Notes: generated by a model not told the origin, from the sequence alone. Shown: positions 1-11,941, counted from the first letter of the stretch. The stretch is 64,000 nt of DNA from Cyanophora paradoxa CCMP329 (GCA_004431415.1 QPMI01000499.1:186001-250000); one strand, 5' to 3'. Numbers and translations are program-made.

Positions 1-29
1 CTAACTATTCTTCCAGTTGCTGGCATCTC

Positions 30-3000
30 TTAATTAAAAGGAACAGAATTAATACCATCTGGTAAGATGTATCTCTTTGCATCAAAGCAGTTTAGGGCAA
101 CCCTTCTACTCACGGTATCTATTATTGTGTGATCTGCCCTTCTCTTCTGCTTTGCAGTCACAGTCTTGCTGATACCTGCAAATAAACACTCCTTAAAATC
201 ATTGAATTGGAGTTCCTCAGTGGAAGTCCCAGATAGCTTACTTCTCTCAATCTCAGCTGTTCTGAAACTGTAAACTTTGGCTCTCAGACCTACATACTCC
301 AATATAGCAGAACCTGGCATCTCATTTTTGTATTTACCTGGGGTCATTCTTGAATCACCTCCAAGGTCTAATGCATAGGATATATTCTCTATATCTGTTT
401 CAAGGGTCTTAGATTCGATGTATAGACAAAAGGAATCAGTATCATGGAATAGTAACTTGGCTTTGGACCACTGGGACCTCACAGTATCATAGAAGAACTT
501 GTAATTATGCAGTTTGGCTGCATCCAAAACATAAGCCCCAATTGCAACAGGCTTATCTAGCTTCACATGCTTTGTGTAAAACTCAAAGGCAACTGCCCTT
601 TCACTTATGGGACTTGTTGATTTCACTAAAGGAGAGGCTGCATATTTCATAAACAGTTTCTCACTGTTGGCAATCTTAACCACAGATCTACCTCTACATG
701 ATTCAATGCATTTCCCATAGATTGAGTTATTCATGAGTTTATAGAAATCAGCCTCGAATTTATTCACTGCTTTCCTTCTCATATCAGTGTTCAGCTCAAT
801 GTAGGGTTTCATTACAGGAGCCACAGTAAATGATAGGACCCTGTGAACCTTCTTTAGTTTCACACCTTTGGTCAGAATATACTGTAGAAGAGGCTCAGAA
901 ATCACATAGTTTGTCACAGAACCAAAGGTTGCAGTTAGCTTAGGGGTCTTATCAAGCTCTTCTCCTGAGAGATCCAATAGGCTCTTTTGATATTGTGATA
1001 ATTCTGCATATTCTACTATTTTCTTGTTTATAATTAGGGGAAATCACTGTGATCTAGAAACAGCCTAATTGGGTAATCCAGATCAACTTCCAGGAAACTG
1101 GATCTGTTATCTTGTGGGTTGAATTCGGTCTCCCATCTAAAATCACCAACTGGAATAGGCTGACTCAAGCAGTAGCCATACAAGTTGTTAGCATCAAACA
1201 GCATAATATGGGAGTTCTCACCATCAGCCTCAGCATACCTACAAGGCATTGTTGCAAAGCCACCCCTGATTCCCTCTCAACAAATTCATATTGCTCTACA
1301 TCACTGATGAGTTCTATTTTTGCCTTGGTGGTCCTTAACATAGCATCCCAAGATAGCCCAGGTGCAGATACATAATGAACTGGGTCAAGTCCATATACTG
1401 AGTGTGAAAGCCTTCTAAAAGCCTGGAATTTGTTCATTAATTCATTTACATCAGCAGCTCCGAAATCCATGAAATTGCTTGCATCAATGAACTTGTAAAG
1501 ACCCCATTGCAATGAAAGATATTGATCAAAGTTTTTCGAAAGGATTTCGATTCGCTTTTTATCACCCATGCCTGCTATTTTTCTGAAAATGAATGTCCCA
1601 CAGTCATCCATTTGATCAACAACAACTGCAACTTTGGTTTGCTTTGAGATTCTCCTATGGAGATTGCAGTTTCTGCATGCAGGGCAATGTAATGACCTGT
1701 GTGGTGATCATGATCCCTGCATTTGAAGTTTTCCTTAGTGAACCTCTCACTGCAAAGGTAACAGTGTTTGGTAGCCCTGTAAACAGCCTTTTGCTCATCT
1801 GTGAGTTCATTCATTGGAATATTGGTAAACAGAAAATCGATTAGTTCTCTTGCTTTGGACTCCAAGCATTCAAAGAGACCTCCCATTGGATCCTGACCCT
1901 CAAATCGAAACTCCTGAACATCTGCCCAGTGACTACTCTCAGGTTGACTGCTGAGACTTCTCTCTTGGATTTTGATGCATCAATGGGATGCTTCTATGTT
2001 CAATCTTGCAGTATACCACAACAGGAAGCCACACAGTTTTCCTGAGGTTTTTCAGTCCAAACTCTATGGTGGTCTCAGGCTTAGGAGTGATTCCCTTTGA
2101 GAGTCTCCAATCAATGCATCTGTTTGAGTCCACATGAGCAGTGAGTTTAGCCTCAGACCTGAATCGAGATAAGCATGTATCACAGTAGTGTAACTTTTGA
2201 TCCTTGGTTTTATCAAGGGCAACTCTGAGAAGTCTTGAAAGGGACATGATTGTAATATAGTGACCATTCCCTTCATCATCATGAATGAGCATGAGATTAA
2301 TCTTTTGCTTTCTGCCTGGGTTGCTGGATTGATGTAGGGGATATATAACATCTCGATCCATTCCAAATATGTTTATGCTGATGCCTGCATTTTGAGATTC
2401 GAATTTATCAATGATTTCAGCATCACAGGGAACAGGGAATGGGATGTTATCGAAATTGAGTGCCAAAGGATTGTATGTAGTTGGTGAGTATTTCCATTTG
2501 CGATATTGTGTAAGCTCACTTCTCTTGTGGGAATTCACATCTTTCCTATGGATCCATGCCAAAACTGCATTTTCGAAGCAAGAATCATCAATATTTCGAA
2601 TATTCACTGTGGCTCTCTTGGCTGCAATTGAATCAGGTGTTTTAACATAGCAACCACCAGTTGGGGCATAACTCATAATAGCAACTCTGAGCATTTCGAT
2701 TCTCTCCAATCGATAGCTATCAACAACATTCATCTGCTCCTGACACATTTGGGCTGCTTTATTCAGCTCAGTTCGAATATTTCTCGATTTGGTTAATACA
2801 AAATAATCGCTGTAAATGTATTTCGATATCCAAACCTGTGGATTGCTGACTTTTACGAACTTGCAGATAAACGATAAGCGAACTTTGATTGCCCTGAATT
2901 GATCTAGACTGTCTCTTAAACGTTTTGGTAGAGAGGTTGCAATTCTATCTAAATATTCAATCACATCAACAACAACTTCCCTTCTGGCTCTGTAAGTGAG

Positions 3001-3270
3001 CCAGCGATATAATTCATTCATAGCTGTTCCATCTTCTGCCTCTGGTTCTATTTGCCTCAGGCGATCCAATTCATCAAGAGTTTCAACTTTGTCATAGAGG
3101 TTATTTGCTTTTCTGGTTAATTTTGCTAAAGTGGGTCTGCCCCTTGAAATAAATCCGATTTCCCGGTCATATTCAGCCTCTGTGATTTCATGGGCTGCAT
3201 ACAGTGTTCCTAGTAATCCCATGAGTTCCCATTTCTTCTCTCTAATGAGTCTGTTGCTAATTCGGGGCAT
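30..3270 (-). CDS. polB: Protein-primed family B DNA polymerase (Polinton/adintovirus type) with C2H2 finger and recombination endonuclease VII domain; split by ~5 single-base frameshifts
   Basis: Polymerase motifs FDANNLYG (A), FYKLMNNSIYGK (B), FHDTDSF (C), GLRAKVY, DPVHYVSAPGLSWDAML, and IRGG after frame correction. Endo VII motif CYLC..RDHDHHTG..ACRNCNL. N-terminal GGCYVKTP..VNIRN.D..CF motif typical of Maverick PolB. ORFs 30-977, 1034-1249, 1165-1611, 1575-1886 and 1939-3270 join by 1-nt corrections. Confidence 0.92.
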
Positions 3271-3304
3271 AGTTCCTAACTTGTTCCTACTCTCAACAAA
3301 TATT

Positions 3305-3622
3305 TTATTCTGAGATGTTCTGAACGCGATTTTCTAGTTTCTTTCGCAATTTGGCTTTGTAATGCATTGGATAATGTGATCCATTTTTTGTCCATACATT
3401 TGGGTTTTTGTGATACTGTTTAAGGGCGTTAATTAAGTTTTTCTCTGTTTGTAATCGCAAACAATCAATATCTTTGGAGGAAAGCTGTGACATTTGATAC
3501 CCATCACATTTGCTTTGGCATTTGATGATTTTGTCTATAAGAGCTGGTATATCCTTCAAATCATCTTTATCGAAATGTTTGTTCTCAATCATTGAACTCA
3601 TTCTGGTAGTCCAGCTTGTCAT
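3305..3622 (-). CDS. Hypothetical viral protein (105 aa)
   Basis: ATG ORF co-oriented with, and directly upstream of, polB; no recognisable motif. Confidence 0.55.
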   Translation of the reverse strand: MTSWTTRMSSMIENKHFDKDDLKDIPALIDKIIKCQSKCDGYQMSQLSSKDIDCLRLQTEKNLINALKQYHKNPNVWTKNGSHYPMHYKAKLRKKLENRVQNISE

Positions 3623-3677
3623 TGTTGGTACTACTACTTATTATTATAAGAATATTATAATGTATTTGTTTTAAATC

Positions 3678-3819
3678 GTCAGGCAGACTTCGATTGTCAG
3701 GCAGCTGATTCAGCCAACATTAAGAAACTCTGTCACTTTTTCAAGTCAGTGTTTGAGAAAACTAATGAAACCATAAACTTATAAAAGTTAAATAGAAAGG
3801 TGCCTGACAGTGCCTGACA
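3678..3819 (-). promoter_or_regulatory. Iteron/origin-like element, copy A (inverted)
   Basis: GTCAGGCA at 3678 and TGTCAGGCA at 3695 face TGCCTGACA at 3801 and 3811 across a ~97-nt AT-rich spacer. The reverse complement resembles 6794-6936. Confidence 0.6.
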
Positions 3820-3824
3820 GCTTT

Positions 3825-6216
3825 TTAACAATCATCATCATCCTCATCAATAAACTCTGTTGTAGTTTCCGAAATCAGTTTTACACACTTGTAACCTCTA
3901 TCATATACTTTTGAAGTTGCCTTTCTCACTGCATATTTGTCATATTTGGCTCCCAACATCTCCATTACTCTCTTAACCCTGCTTGCAGATATATTGAGTT
4001 TCAAAGCTTTTAACTCCTCATCTACAGTTTTGCTTGACAGAGAATCAGAAGGATTTCCTGTAAATTCAAATCTGCTTTTTAGTATTTGAATTTCATCACC
4101 TGCATCCTCTCTGAAAGCAGCAGTATCATTTGCCACCTTGCCACATATCTGGACTTTGTGGGATTTGTATGCTTGGAATACTGACCATTGGAAAGCATGA
4201 ATGATTTCAGGGCGTTTAAGCAGATCACTTTTAATATCTTCAGAAGCCAATCTATAGCATGGGAGCTTCATTTCATCCATTGTTTTCTGATCCACAAACT
4301 TGTGGGGATGCTGAAAGAAAACAAGAGTCTCAAGTGTATCAGATGGAGAAACAGGGGGCATATCATTCATGATCATCCAGAGCCTACTTTGGAGTCTTAT
4401 ATTTTGCTCATTTCCATATAGGATTCGAATGCATTGAATATCACCACCAGATTCTTTCTTTTTAATCATATTGCCATTTATCTTGATACTTGGATTCGAA
4501 ACATCAAACTTCATCTCTTGGGTAAATGTTAAACGGCGAAATTCACATGGTTTCATCCATTTTAGCTTTTTAGCCTCATCAGAATCTGAATGTTTGTCCA
4601 TCAGGAAAGATTCTCCTCCAATAGTGTTTACATAACCACTCCCCCAAGTGTTCTCATTAAGATTGACATAAACTCCTTTTCCACAATTGCGCTCACCTGA
4701 TGATAGTCCCCATTGTTTATCCTCTACTTTGCCTGCCATTGCTCTTGCTGTAAATTCGAGAGCAGTATTAATTGCATCTGCTCCAAACACAGGTTCAAGT
4801 ATGTTTTCGTAGAGGATTTTTATATGCTCTTCTGACGGCTTGACTACATATCCTCGATCATCTACAAGTAAATCTCTTTCAATTCTAGTAGTGGAATAGA
4901 CGTTTTGACACTCTGCCCAAGGAGTAAGCTTTTTGGTTTCGAAATCATACACACCATTTTTATAACACAATTTTCCAAGAGATGAAGACCAAAGGACATT
5001 ATTCACAAACTCACTATCATTTGGCAGAAGAGCTTTTGTAGCTTTGATTACTTTTTGAGCGCCTGTTATATTTGCGGTATACTCTGTTAGACCTGTCAGA
5101 CCCTCATGATAGATCTTTGCTTGAAGGCACTTCTTTAAAAGCATATTTTCCACTTGATTGGTTTCCTCAGTCCAAAGATTCTCATCTGTTTTGACAAATA
5201 TACGACCATTGGATTGCTTGACATCATTTTTGATATCTTCAGCAAACAGAGTAGCAGCCTCATAGTCTGTAGAGCAAATTCGAAAATCGTTTGCTTTCAG
5301 AGAAGCTTCATCTGGAAGCTCGAAACCCTGATCCATAGGCTTAACAACTAAGCCTAATTTGTATCCTGTGGACTGCTGGATATAGTTCTCTGCATCTTTG
5401 AGAATATCAGTAAGTTTTTCCAGTGATAGATTAGGTGACTTTTCAATCATGCAGCCATCAAATACAAGAACACCAACAGTGAGTTTGATGGAGGTTAAAT
5501 ACTCACACAGAGCCATAAGAGCAATATTCTCGATCTGACAAAGAACCATGTTAACAGTGGAACCTAACACATTGTAGCCCTTCTTTCGCTTGCAAATAGC
5601 AAGGAAGTTGGTATTTTCTTTAATTCAGCAATAGAAGCATGAATACCACCAATTTCTTGTTTAACCTTTTTAAAAGCCATTTCTTTGTGTAAATCGGGAC
5701 ACTCAATGCCTCCTCCTCCGTTAATCACAGATAAGAAGGCGCACTTAATTTCTTCACGAGTAAGATCACACTTTTTGCTTAAATCACTAACGATTTTATC
5801 TCGATTGGCAACAAACTCAGCAAGGAAATCACAGTTTATGTCATTTTTTGGCAATACTGGACGAGTATCGATGGATGAGCATTTTTCATATCAATATCAT
5901 AATACAAATCCCTTGCTAAGGTGTGTCTAAATTCCCGAGGCATACTCTGCATGCTTGCTTTTTTGTTTTTGATGTGTGAGAGAGTAGTGAAATATCTCCC
6001 AGTATGGTGTTTGCATTGATAGTATTTAACTTGAATGGCTCCATTTGAATGCAAGTCTTTCATGTATTTCTTCAGGAGAGTCAAAGTAGCAGTAGAATCC
6101 ACATCAGGTCTATAACTCAAACCCTCGAAATTATCGATTAAATACTTAAGAGTAGGGCGAGATACTTTTTCAACAAGAGTGATATCGAGATTGTTGGGTT
6201 TCTTTGAGCTAAACAT
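3825..6216 (-). CDS. TVpol (PolA-like primase/polymerase) fused to SF3/D5-like helicase; two single-base frameshifts
   Basis: GRYF..SMQSMPREFR, motif A DIDMKNAHP, motif B FLSVINGG, motif C LVFDGCMI. Helicase part has D5-like YKNGVYDF, Walker A GERNCGKG and motif C WMIMND. Frames join by adding one A near 5845 and one near 5615. Confidence 0.85.
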
Positions 6217-6390
6217 CTTTCTTGAACGTTTCTATATTAAGCAGATAAAATATTTTATCTGAAAATCCTTGTCATTTTTTGTTGCCAAACCTTTAAGTCC
6301 TTTTGGGTTGGCTTCCAGTTATATCGATAATTGGTAGTAGTGTATCAGTTTTTTTATGAATTCCCCACACAAAAATAATGAACCGGCATT

Positions 6391-6621
6391 TCAGTATTTC
6401 CGAGGACGACCTACAGGTCGACCTTCTGGGAAATTTGGGTCAAATGTGAGTTGCTTTTTATAGTAGTAATAGGCTAATGCCCTTTTGCGGCGAATTTCAC
6501 GATATTCCTCATCCTCTTCATATCTTTTATTATAATAAATTTGGTTTGAGATCTTTTTCTTCATTGCAGAAGAGATCTTTTCAAAACTTTTGCTCTCAGT
6601 TACAGTTTGATCAGTATCCAT
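6391..6621 (-). CDS. Small basic DNA-binding protein with AT-hook
   Basis: 76 aa; YREIRRKRALAYYYYKK...GRPVGRPRKY (AT-hook core). Confidence 0.65.
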   Translation of the reverse strand: MDTDQTVTESKSFEKISSAMKKKISNQIYYNKRYEEDEEYREIRRKRALAYYYYKKQLTFDPNFPEGRPVGRPRKY

Positions 6622-6752
6622 TTGGGTATCTCTTAACTATAACCGAGAAAAATGTTTTGTCAGATTTCAATATGCTTGATTTCCTTAAGTAGTTTATGCG
6701 TTGTCATTTTTTGGTAACAGAGATAATTCCTATACTGTTACCATAAATGGTT

Positions 6753-6936
6753 TGTCAGGCACTTTAAAATAGTTGTCAGGCACTAATATAGTATGTCAGG
6801 CATTGTCAGGCACCTTTTTAGAAAACTTTTCTATAATGAAAATTTCATTGTTGATCCAAACAATGACATTGAAGATTTTCAATAGTGTTTTAAAATCAAT
6901 GTGTTTCCTGCCTGACAAACGTTTTACTGCCTGACA
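6753..6936 (+). promoter_or_regulatory. Iteron/origin-like element, copy B
   Basis: TGTCAGGCA at 6753, 6774, 6794 and 6804; inverted TGCCTGACA at 6909 and 6928; lies in a divergent intergenic region. Confidence 0.65.
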
Positions 6937-7009
6937 ACCTTTCATCAACAAAAAATGATTGTGTAAACTGACTTAAAGATTTATCAGATATATTAATAAG
7001 AAAACAACA

Positions 7010-7309
7010 ATGGCTGCTCAAATCGCCAAAGGAATTCTTGCCGAAAAGATTGAGAAAGATACCCTCTGGAAAGATCATAAAGGATTAGTTGATGCTATTG
7101 TAGAGAGTGGTCTCCACTCAACAGGAATAAACATTAATCAGGCTGATAATAAGCGAAACAAAGAATTTCGACAGAAAGTAGAAAGAGATGTATTGGGCAT
7201 GATAATTGACCCAAACTACCTTTCCACAATTAACAAAAAAAATCATTCAAACACTGCCACAAAAAAACGACTCTTTAAGAAATTAATGAGTCGTTCTACT
7301 TCCTCTTAA
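7010..7309 (+). CDS. Hypothetical basic viral protein (99 aa)
   Basis: ATG ORF preceded by AAAAAATGA and ACTTAAAG motifs shared with neighbouring genes. Confidence 0.6.
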   Translation: MAAQIAKGILAEKIEKDTLWKDHKGLVDAIVESGLHSTGININQADNKRNKEFRQKVERDVLGMIIDPNYLSTINKKNHSNTATKKRLFKKLMSRSTSS

Positions 7310-7386
7310 AAAAAAGAGCCAATTCCTTTGTATATATTTTTATAGCTGCCTCAGTAGCATACTGAGACCGCTTTTTCTCAATTATC

Positions 7387-7632
7387 TTATAGACCTGGGG
7401 GTCCATTGCTACTTTCAGTTGGCAAATAATATTTAATCGGTCTTCCTCTGGGTCTCTGCTCCTCTTTTTGGGCTTTTCTGCGATAATAGGATGCCAGGGC
7501 TTGTTGCTTCTTATACTCTCTATATGCTGGGTCCTCTCTATATCGTTTCTGCATTGCTAGAATGTGTCTTATAGAACCCTCAGTAACAGGTTCATCACTG
7601 GTAAACTCGATTAAACTAATAGTATCCTCCAT
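7387..7632 (-). CDS. AT-hook protein, paralog of 6391-6621
   Basis: RYREDPAYREYKKQQALASYYRRK...RPRGRPIKY aligns by eye with RYEEDEEYREIRRKRALAYYYYKK...GRPRKY. Confidence 0.65.
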   Translation of the reverse strand: MEDTISLIEFTSDEPVTEGSIRHILAMQKRYREDPAYREYKKQQALASYYRRKAQKEEQRPRGRPIKYYLPTESSNGPPGL

Positions 7633-7888
7633 TTATATTCCCAGAGAAAACGTTTTCTGCTGACAGAGAACTTCTCCTTGGATACTCCTGTTGCTCATAT
7701 GTATACTCTGTGGGGTCTGCTGGCATTGACTCCACAGAAACTGTTGATCTCCTTCTCTCTCTTGCTTCTGAGGCATTATCCTCATTATCTGACATCTCAA
7801 ACTCCACTGTTGTCTCACAACATCCACTGTGGCAATTGCTCACCACATGCAGACTGAACATCTCGAAGAACTTTCGTATTATGTCCAT
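7616..7888 (-). CDS. Small hypothetical protein with CHSGCC motif and acidic tail
   Basis: ATG at 7888 (MDIIRKFFEMF...SNCHSGCC). Confidence 0.45.
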   Translation of the reverse strand: MDIIRKFFEMFSLHVVSNCHSGCCETTVEFEMSDNEDNASEARERRRSTVSVESMPADPTEYTYEQQEYPRRSSLSAENVFSGNINGGYY

Positions 7889-7910
7889 ATCTCTAATAAA
7901 ACAGAGAAAA

Positions 7911-8643
7911 TTAAAGCCAAACTCGTCTTTTATATACTGTTGGGGCAACTCCCTTTTCTACTTCAGCTTTGGTGGCACCAGGTTCAATGGTTCCCTTTTG
8001 GGTCTTTGTTTTCATTTCATCTACTGCCTGCTCATCGATTTGGTTCTCTTTCTTAGCAATAAACTGTTTATCTGGGACACCAGTGATTCCCATTTTATAA
8101 ACTTCCTTTCGAAGCATCTCCTTTAGCTTGGCTCTCTCTTTCTTCTCAGTAACATACTGCTCCAAAGCACTGGATTTGGCTTCCAGATCTTTGAGTTTAG
8201 CAGTCATCTCATCCCATTGAGCCTTGGAATTCGATGAATATTTTGAGTGGGAGCAGTCTTGTATGTGACTTCACCAGCCATAGACTGAATAACCTTGTCT
8301 GATTCTTTACTTAGACCTTCACCTTTGCGAGCCAATGACAGATCTTGCAAGCCTAAACCTTTATCATCAGCAGCACCAATAATTCGCCTGGCACCCTCAG
8401 CAACAGCTTTCATTTTGAGGCTTCTGGTGAAATGTTGAGTTGGTCAGCAGTTGAACTTTGTGGGGCTTTGTCATCGACTGATTCCTCATAGGCAGCATTT
8501 AGGGGGTCTTCTTGGGGTTGTGAGGGTTTGATTTCGTTCATACCATTGAATTTCATTGGTTCAGTGTTAATAGATCCATTGTTTCCACCACCTGAATAGC
8601 CAACAGCCCCAGCTGGGATCCCTATTTTTCGTTTGGGAGGCAT
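7911..8643 (-). CDS. Putative core/virion protein (~245 aa); three short ORFs probably one gene
   Basis: 8410-8643, 8204-8413 and 7911-8207 fuse in frame if one A (AAAA run ~8413) and one G (GGG run ~8214) are added. Directly downstream of the ATPase; basic N-terminus MPPKRK. Confidence 0.5.
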
Positions 8644-8671
8644 TGTATCTTTATTAGAATGAGAGATAATT

Positions 8672-9454
8672 TTATAAACCGCGTTTATATCGCATCAATT
8701 TATTGCTATGGACTTGGCTTTTCACTTCTTTGGGGGCTTCCTCTTTTTCTGGTGGTTTCAGTTCATCCTCTTTCTTTTTTGGCTTCCTGTGGAAGCGAGG
8801 AAATGGGAAATCTTTCACAAGCTCAGCTTTATCTACATAGTATTTAACTGAGTAGTTTGCAGAGGACCAAACGATATACTGATAGGAGTGGACATACTCT
8901 TCAAACATTTTGTAAAAGTCCTCCTTGTTTCGCATTATATTGTATTCTTCCTCTATGGCTTCAAGTTCTTTGCGATTAGCAGCACTCAGGAAAACAGCAT
9001 AATCAGAATTAACTCGAATAGTCGAAGAGACTTTTCTTAGCTTTTGTGTGATGCAGATAATGGATATTTTCGAGTGTCTGCCCCTACTGTACAGAGATGA
9101 CACCACCTTGTCTCTGGTTAAATCAATTATCTCATTATCAATTAAATCATCTAAAACAACACACATGTGGTTGACAGGTTCACCCTTTTCGATTTTCTCC
9201 TGCCTTTCATCCAAAAGCTTTGAAATGTAACCGGCATCCCATTTACCAAGTTCTACTGTTGCAACCTCTCTCCAGAAATGATTGAAGCTGGTCCCACTCA
9301 CAACTAGGACAACATCAATAACTTTGGCATCATGTAATTGCTTTAACCAATACTTTACACATTCGCTTTTTCCCGTACAACTTTTGCCTATAAAAATGGC
9401 TCTGAAAACACCTTTAATCATTTCAGAGACATTAAACTCTTCTAAATCTTGCAT
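8672..9454 (-). CDS. A32-like (FtsK/HerA) genome packaging ATPase
   Basis: Walker A GKSCTGKS, Walker B CVVLDD, RGRHSKISIICITQ, IRVNSDY. Confidence 0.93.
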   Translation of the reverse strand: MQDLEEFNVSEMIKGVFRAIFIGKSCTGKSECVKYWLKQLHDAKVIDVVLVVSGTSFNHFWREVATVELGKWDAGYISKLLDERQEKIEKGEPVNHMCVVLDDLIDNEIIDLTRDKVVSSLYSRGRHSKISIICITQKLRKVSSTIRVNSDYAVFLSAANRKELEAIEEEYNIMRNKEDFYKMFEEYVHSYQYIVWSSANYSVKYYVDKAELVKDFPFPRFHRKPKKKEDELKPPEKEEAPKEVKSQVHSNKLMRYKRGL

Positions 9455-9513
9455 TGTTGTAGATCTTCCTAAATAAAGACAGATAAAAATAATGCAGGGA
9501 GACTGAAAATGGT

Positions 9514-10878
9514 CTATAAATTGATTCTACGAACACCTGAACCGTCTATAATGAGGAAACTATGCATGAGAGCGCGAACTTGAACATTGATTGTCTTATC
9601 TGTGGGCATGTAGAGTGTGAGGAATGAAGATGAGGAATTTGTCAGGTCAACAAATCCACTTTGAGCAATATTTCGAATCGCCTTCTCTCCATCAATGCAG
9701 AAACTTAAACCTGAAAGGACATATTTATCTGCAACCTTGTCCATGTTAGAGCATTTGAAGGCATCAGCAATAAGCTCAGCACCTTTGAGTAGGGAAATTG
9801 GCTCAGTGGCATAGAGACGCTGACCATTTATTTCCACAGTGAATGTTATCTCTTTGGAGTTGGCATAGGTCTTAAGAACACTGTGGGAGCCATTGGATTT
9901 GTCAACAGTCTCATAATCACGAACTGAAACAAGCAGAGCATAGACAAGACCTGAGATTTGAGAGAGGTTAATTCGATTGGGCTGGGCATTGCCCTTGGCA
10001 GCAAAAGCAATGGCATCTACAAATCCAATATCAAGGGAGGGAATAGCCATGCCAGTTGTCTTTACTTTTTCAATTACAGTAGCGAAAAGCTCATCAGAAA
10101 CATTAATAGCATGCATGTAAAGGCGAGGAGAAGTAATTGAAATAGCAGGGTTGTTGCACCAAGACTGAAAGTGGTGATGTTTTGACCAACATGGGCAAGT
10201 GTAGCATTAGCAGTATCACCAAGACCATCATCTTCTGTCTTATCAGCAGCTGTCCCACCAACAACAGGGAGAGAGCGACCACCATAGGAAGTTTCAACAT
10301 AACCCTTTCCAGCATCCTTAAACCAAACAGTAACAACCATTTCACCAGATAAAGCACCAAGGGGAAGATAGTGATTTAGCCAAGGCACTGGGATCTCAAC
10401 GAAAAATGAGCCACCAAGTCGGTTGGTTCCATGAGCAGGGATACCATGAACCATGCCCATTGAGCGTTTCTTTTTAGCTAGTTGATCCTCCGAATAATAG
10501 ACCAGGGGAAATGAGCAAGGAAATCAGAAGGGATGTGGTAGGTGTAAGATCCATAGGTAATTTCAAGTCGCTGAACTAAAGCACCAACTGGGCGAGTGTA
10601 TCCATTGCGAACTAGATCTTCACCAGCAAAAGTGATTTCTGGTAGGTCGAAAGCAAGTTCGAGTTTTCCACAGAAATTGTAGCGAGGTAGCTTGAAGGAA
10701 ATGCGATTTCCTACATTATTCTCAAAAGTATTGCTGGATTCACAACAACTAGAACTGGCTTAGACTTGGATTCGAGACCAAGCATAAGGGAGTTATCCAG
10801 GAAAAAGGCTTTCGCCTCCTCTGGGGTTGTTAGGGCTTCTTTCAGCGAAAGTCTTTGAAGAGTGGAAGTGATATCCAT
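9514..10878 (-). CDS. Double jelly-roll major capsid protein (~455 aa); three single-base frameshifts
   Basis: Next to the ATPase. Reconstructed N-terminus FENNVGNRISFKLPRYNFCGKLELAFDLPEI, plus FFVEIPVPW..YLPLGAL..MVVTVWF, FTVEINGQRL and C-terminal HSFLIIDGSGVR, all resembling PLV/NCLDV MCP strands. Confidence 0.8.
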
Positions 10879-10931
10879 TATATTCTCTTTTATTATACTG
10901 CAACATAAAAAATCTACCAATGATCCTTAAT

Positions 10932-11941
10932 TTATGCGAAGCTTGTAATAACTGGATAGGAAGGGTGAAGCTGTGACATTCTCATCTTAAAGTATTCATA
11001 AACTGGGTCCCCAGCTGGCTCATCACCATAGCGAATTTCAAAGGTAAGATGAACAGGTTGACCCTCAAAATCAATTGGTTCATTAATAGCATTTACAATA
11101 TCAACCGAGAAAGTGGATAATCCAACTTTCTTATTATAGTATTTGTAAAGTGGATGAGCCTCTGTTGAATTGTAAACTACATGCTCACCATAGTCTTTGT
11201 CAGGGACCACTATTTTATGGAAGTAACCAGTCAAAAGACCATCCCCACATTGCACCAGATCACCCAGCTCCTTTACTCTCACAAACAAAACACTGTCCCT
11301 GGTCTTCTCAGGCTCAAAAGAAGATAGAATACCGTTCACTCGAGTCCCAGTAAAGATACCATCAGTGAGAGCATCATAAACTTGTGATTGGATTGAGGAA
11401 TTGCCATATCTTCCAGGATCAAGACCAAGCAGTCTACCTGAACTCAATAGCTTTTGAATTGTTTGCAGGTTTGGATTTACAGCAAGTGAGAAAGCCAGGT
11501 AAAACTTTTTTCGGAATGGAATACTATTCGTTTCAGTGACTCATCCCATTTGCAGCGAAGAGATGGTTTAGGATTTTTCAAATCGAACTTTTCATTAATA
11601 ACATTCACCAGTTGTTGGTGGCTTTGGATGGGGGCTTTGCGACTTATAATGATTTGTTTCCACTGTTCAAAGTCCTCAGCTGGGCGAACTGTGGGGATAC
11701 CATCAATTCCAGCTCCTGCAAGTTCTTCAGAATAGTAAATACTAAATGAATTGTCGATTGTTACATCTCCTACTTTGGTTTCCCCACTCACCATAGGGAT
11801 GCTGTTATAAAATTCGGCTGATACCAGTCTTACAGCCCTCACATTCTCATAACTACTGGGGAGTCTAGCCACAAAGCTTGATGTGGGACCATCACCAGAG
11901 ATTGTATTAAATGAGCTAACCTCGATGTAATCCACAGGCAT
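10932..11941 (-). CDS. Minor capsid protein (penton) 1; one frameshift
   Basis: N-terminal IEVSS..SSFVARLP..YENVRAVRLVSAEFYNS; C-terminal LFVRVKEL...FSVDIVNAINEPIDFEGQPVHLTFEI. Joins by +1 A in the A6 run near 11510. Confidence 0.75.

Noticed and set aside
7911-8643. Three translationally coupled small genes
   Set aside because: The overlaps coincide with homopolymers where +1 base fuses them, like the other frameshifts; a single gene is preferred but unproven.
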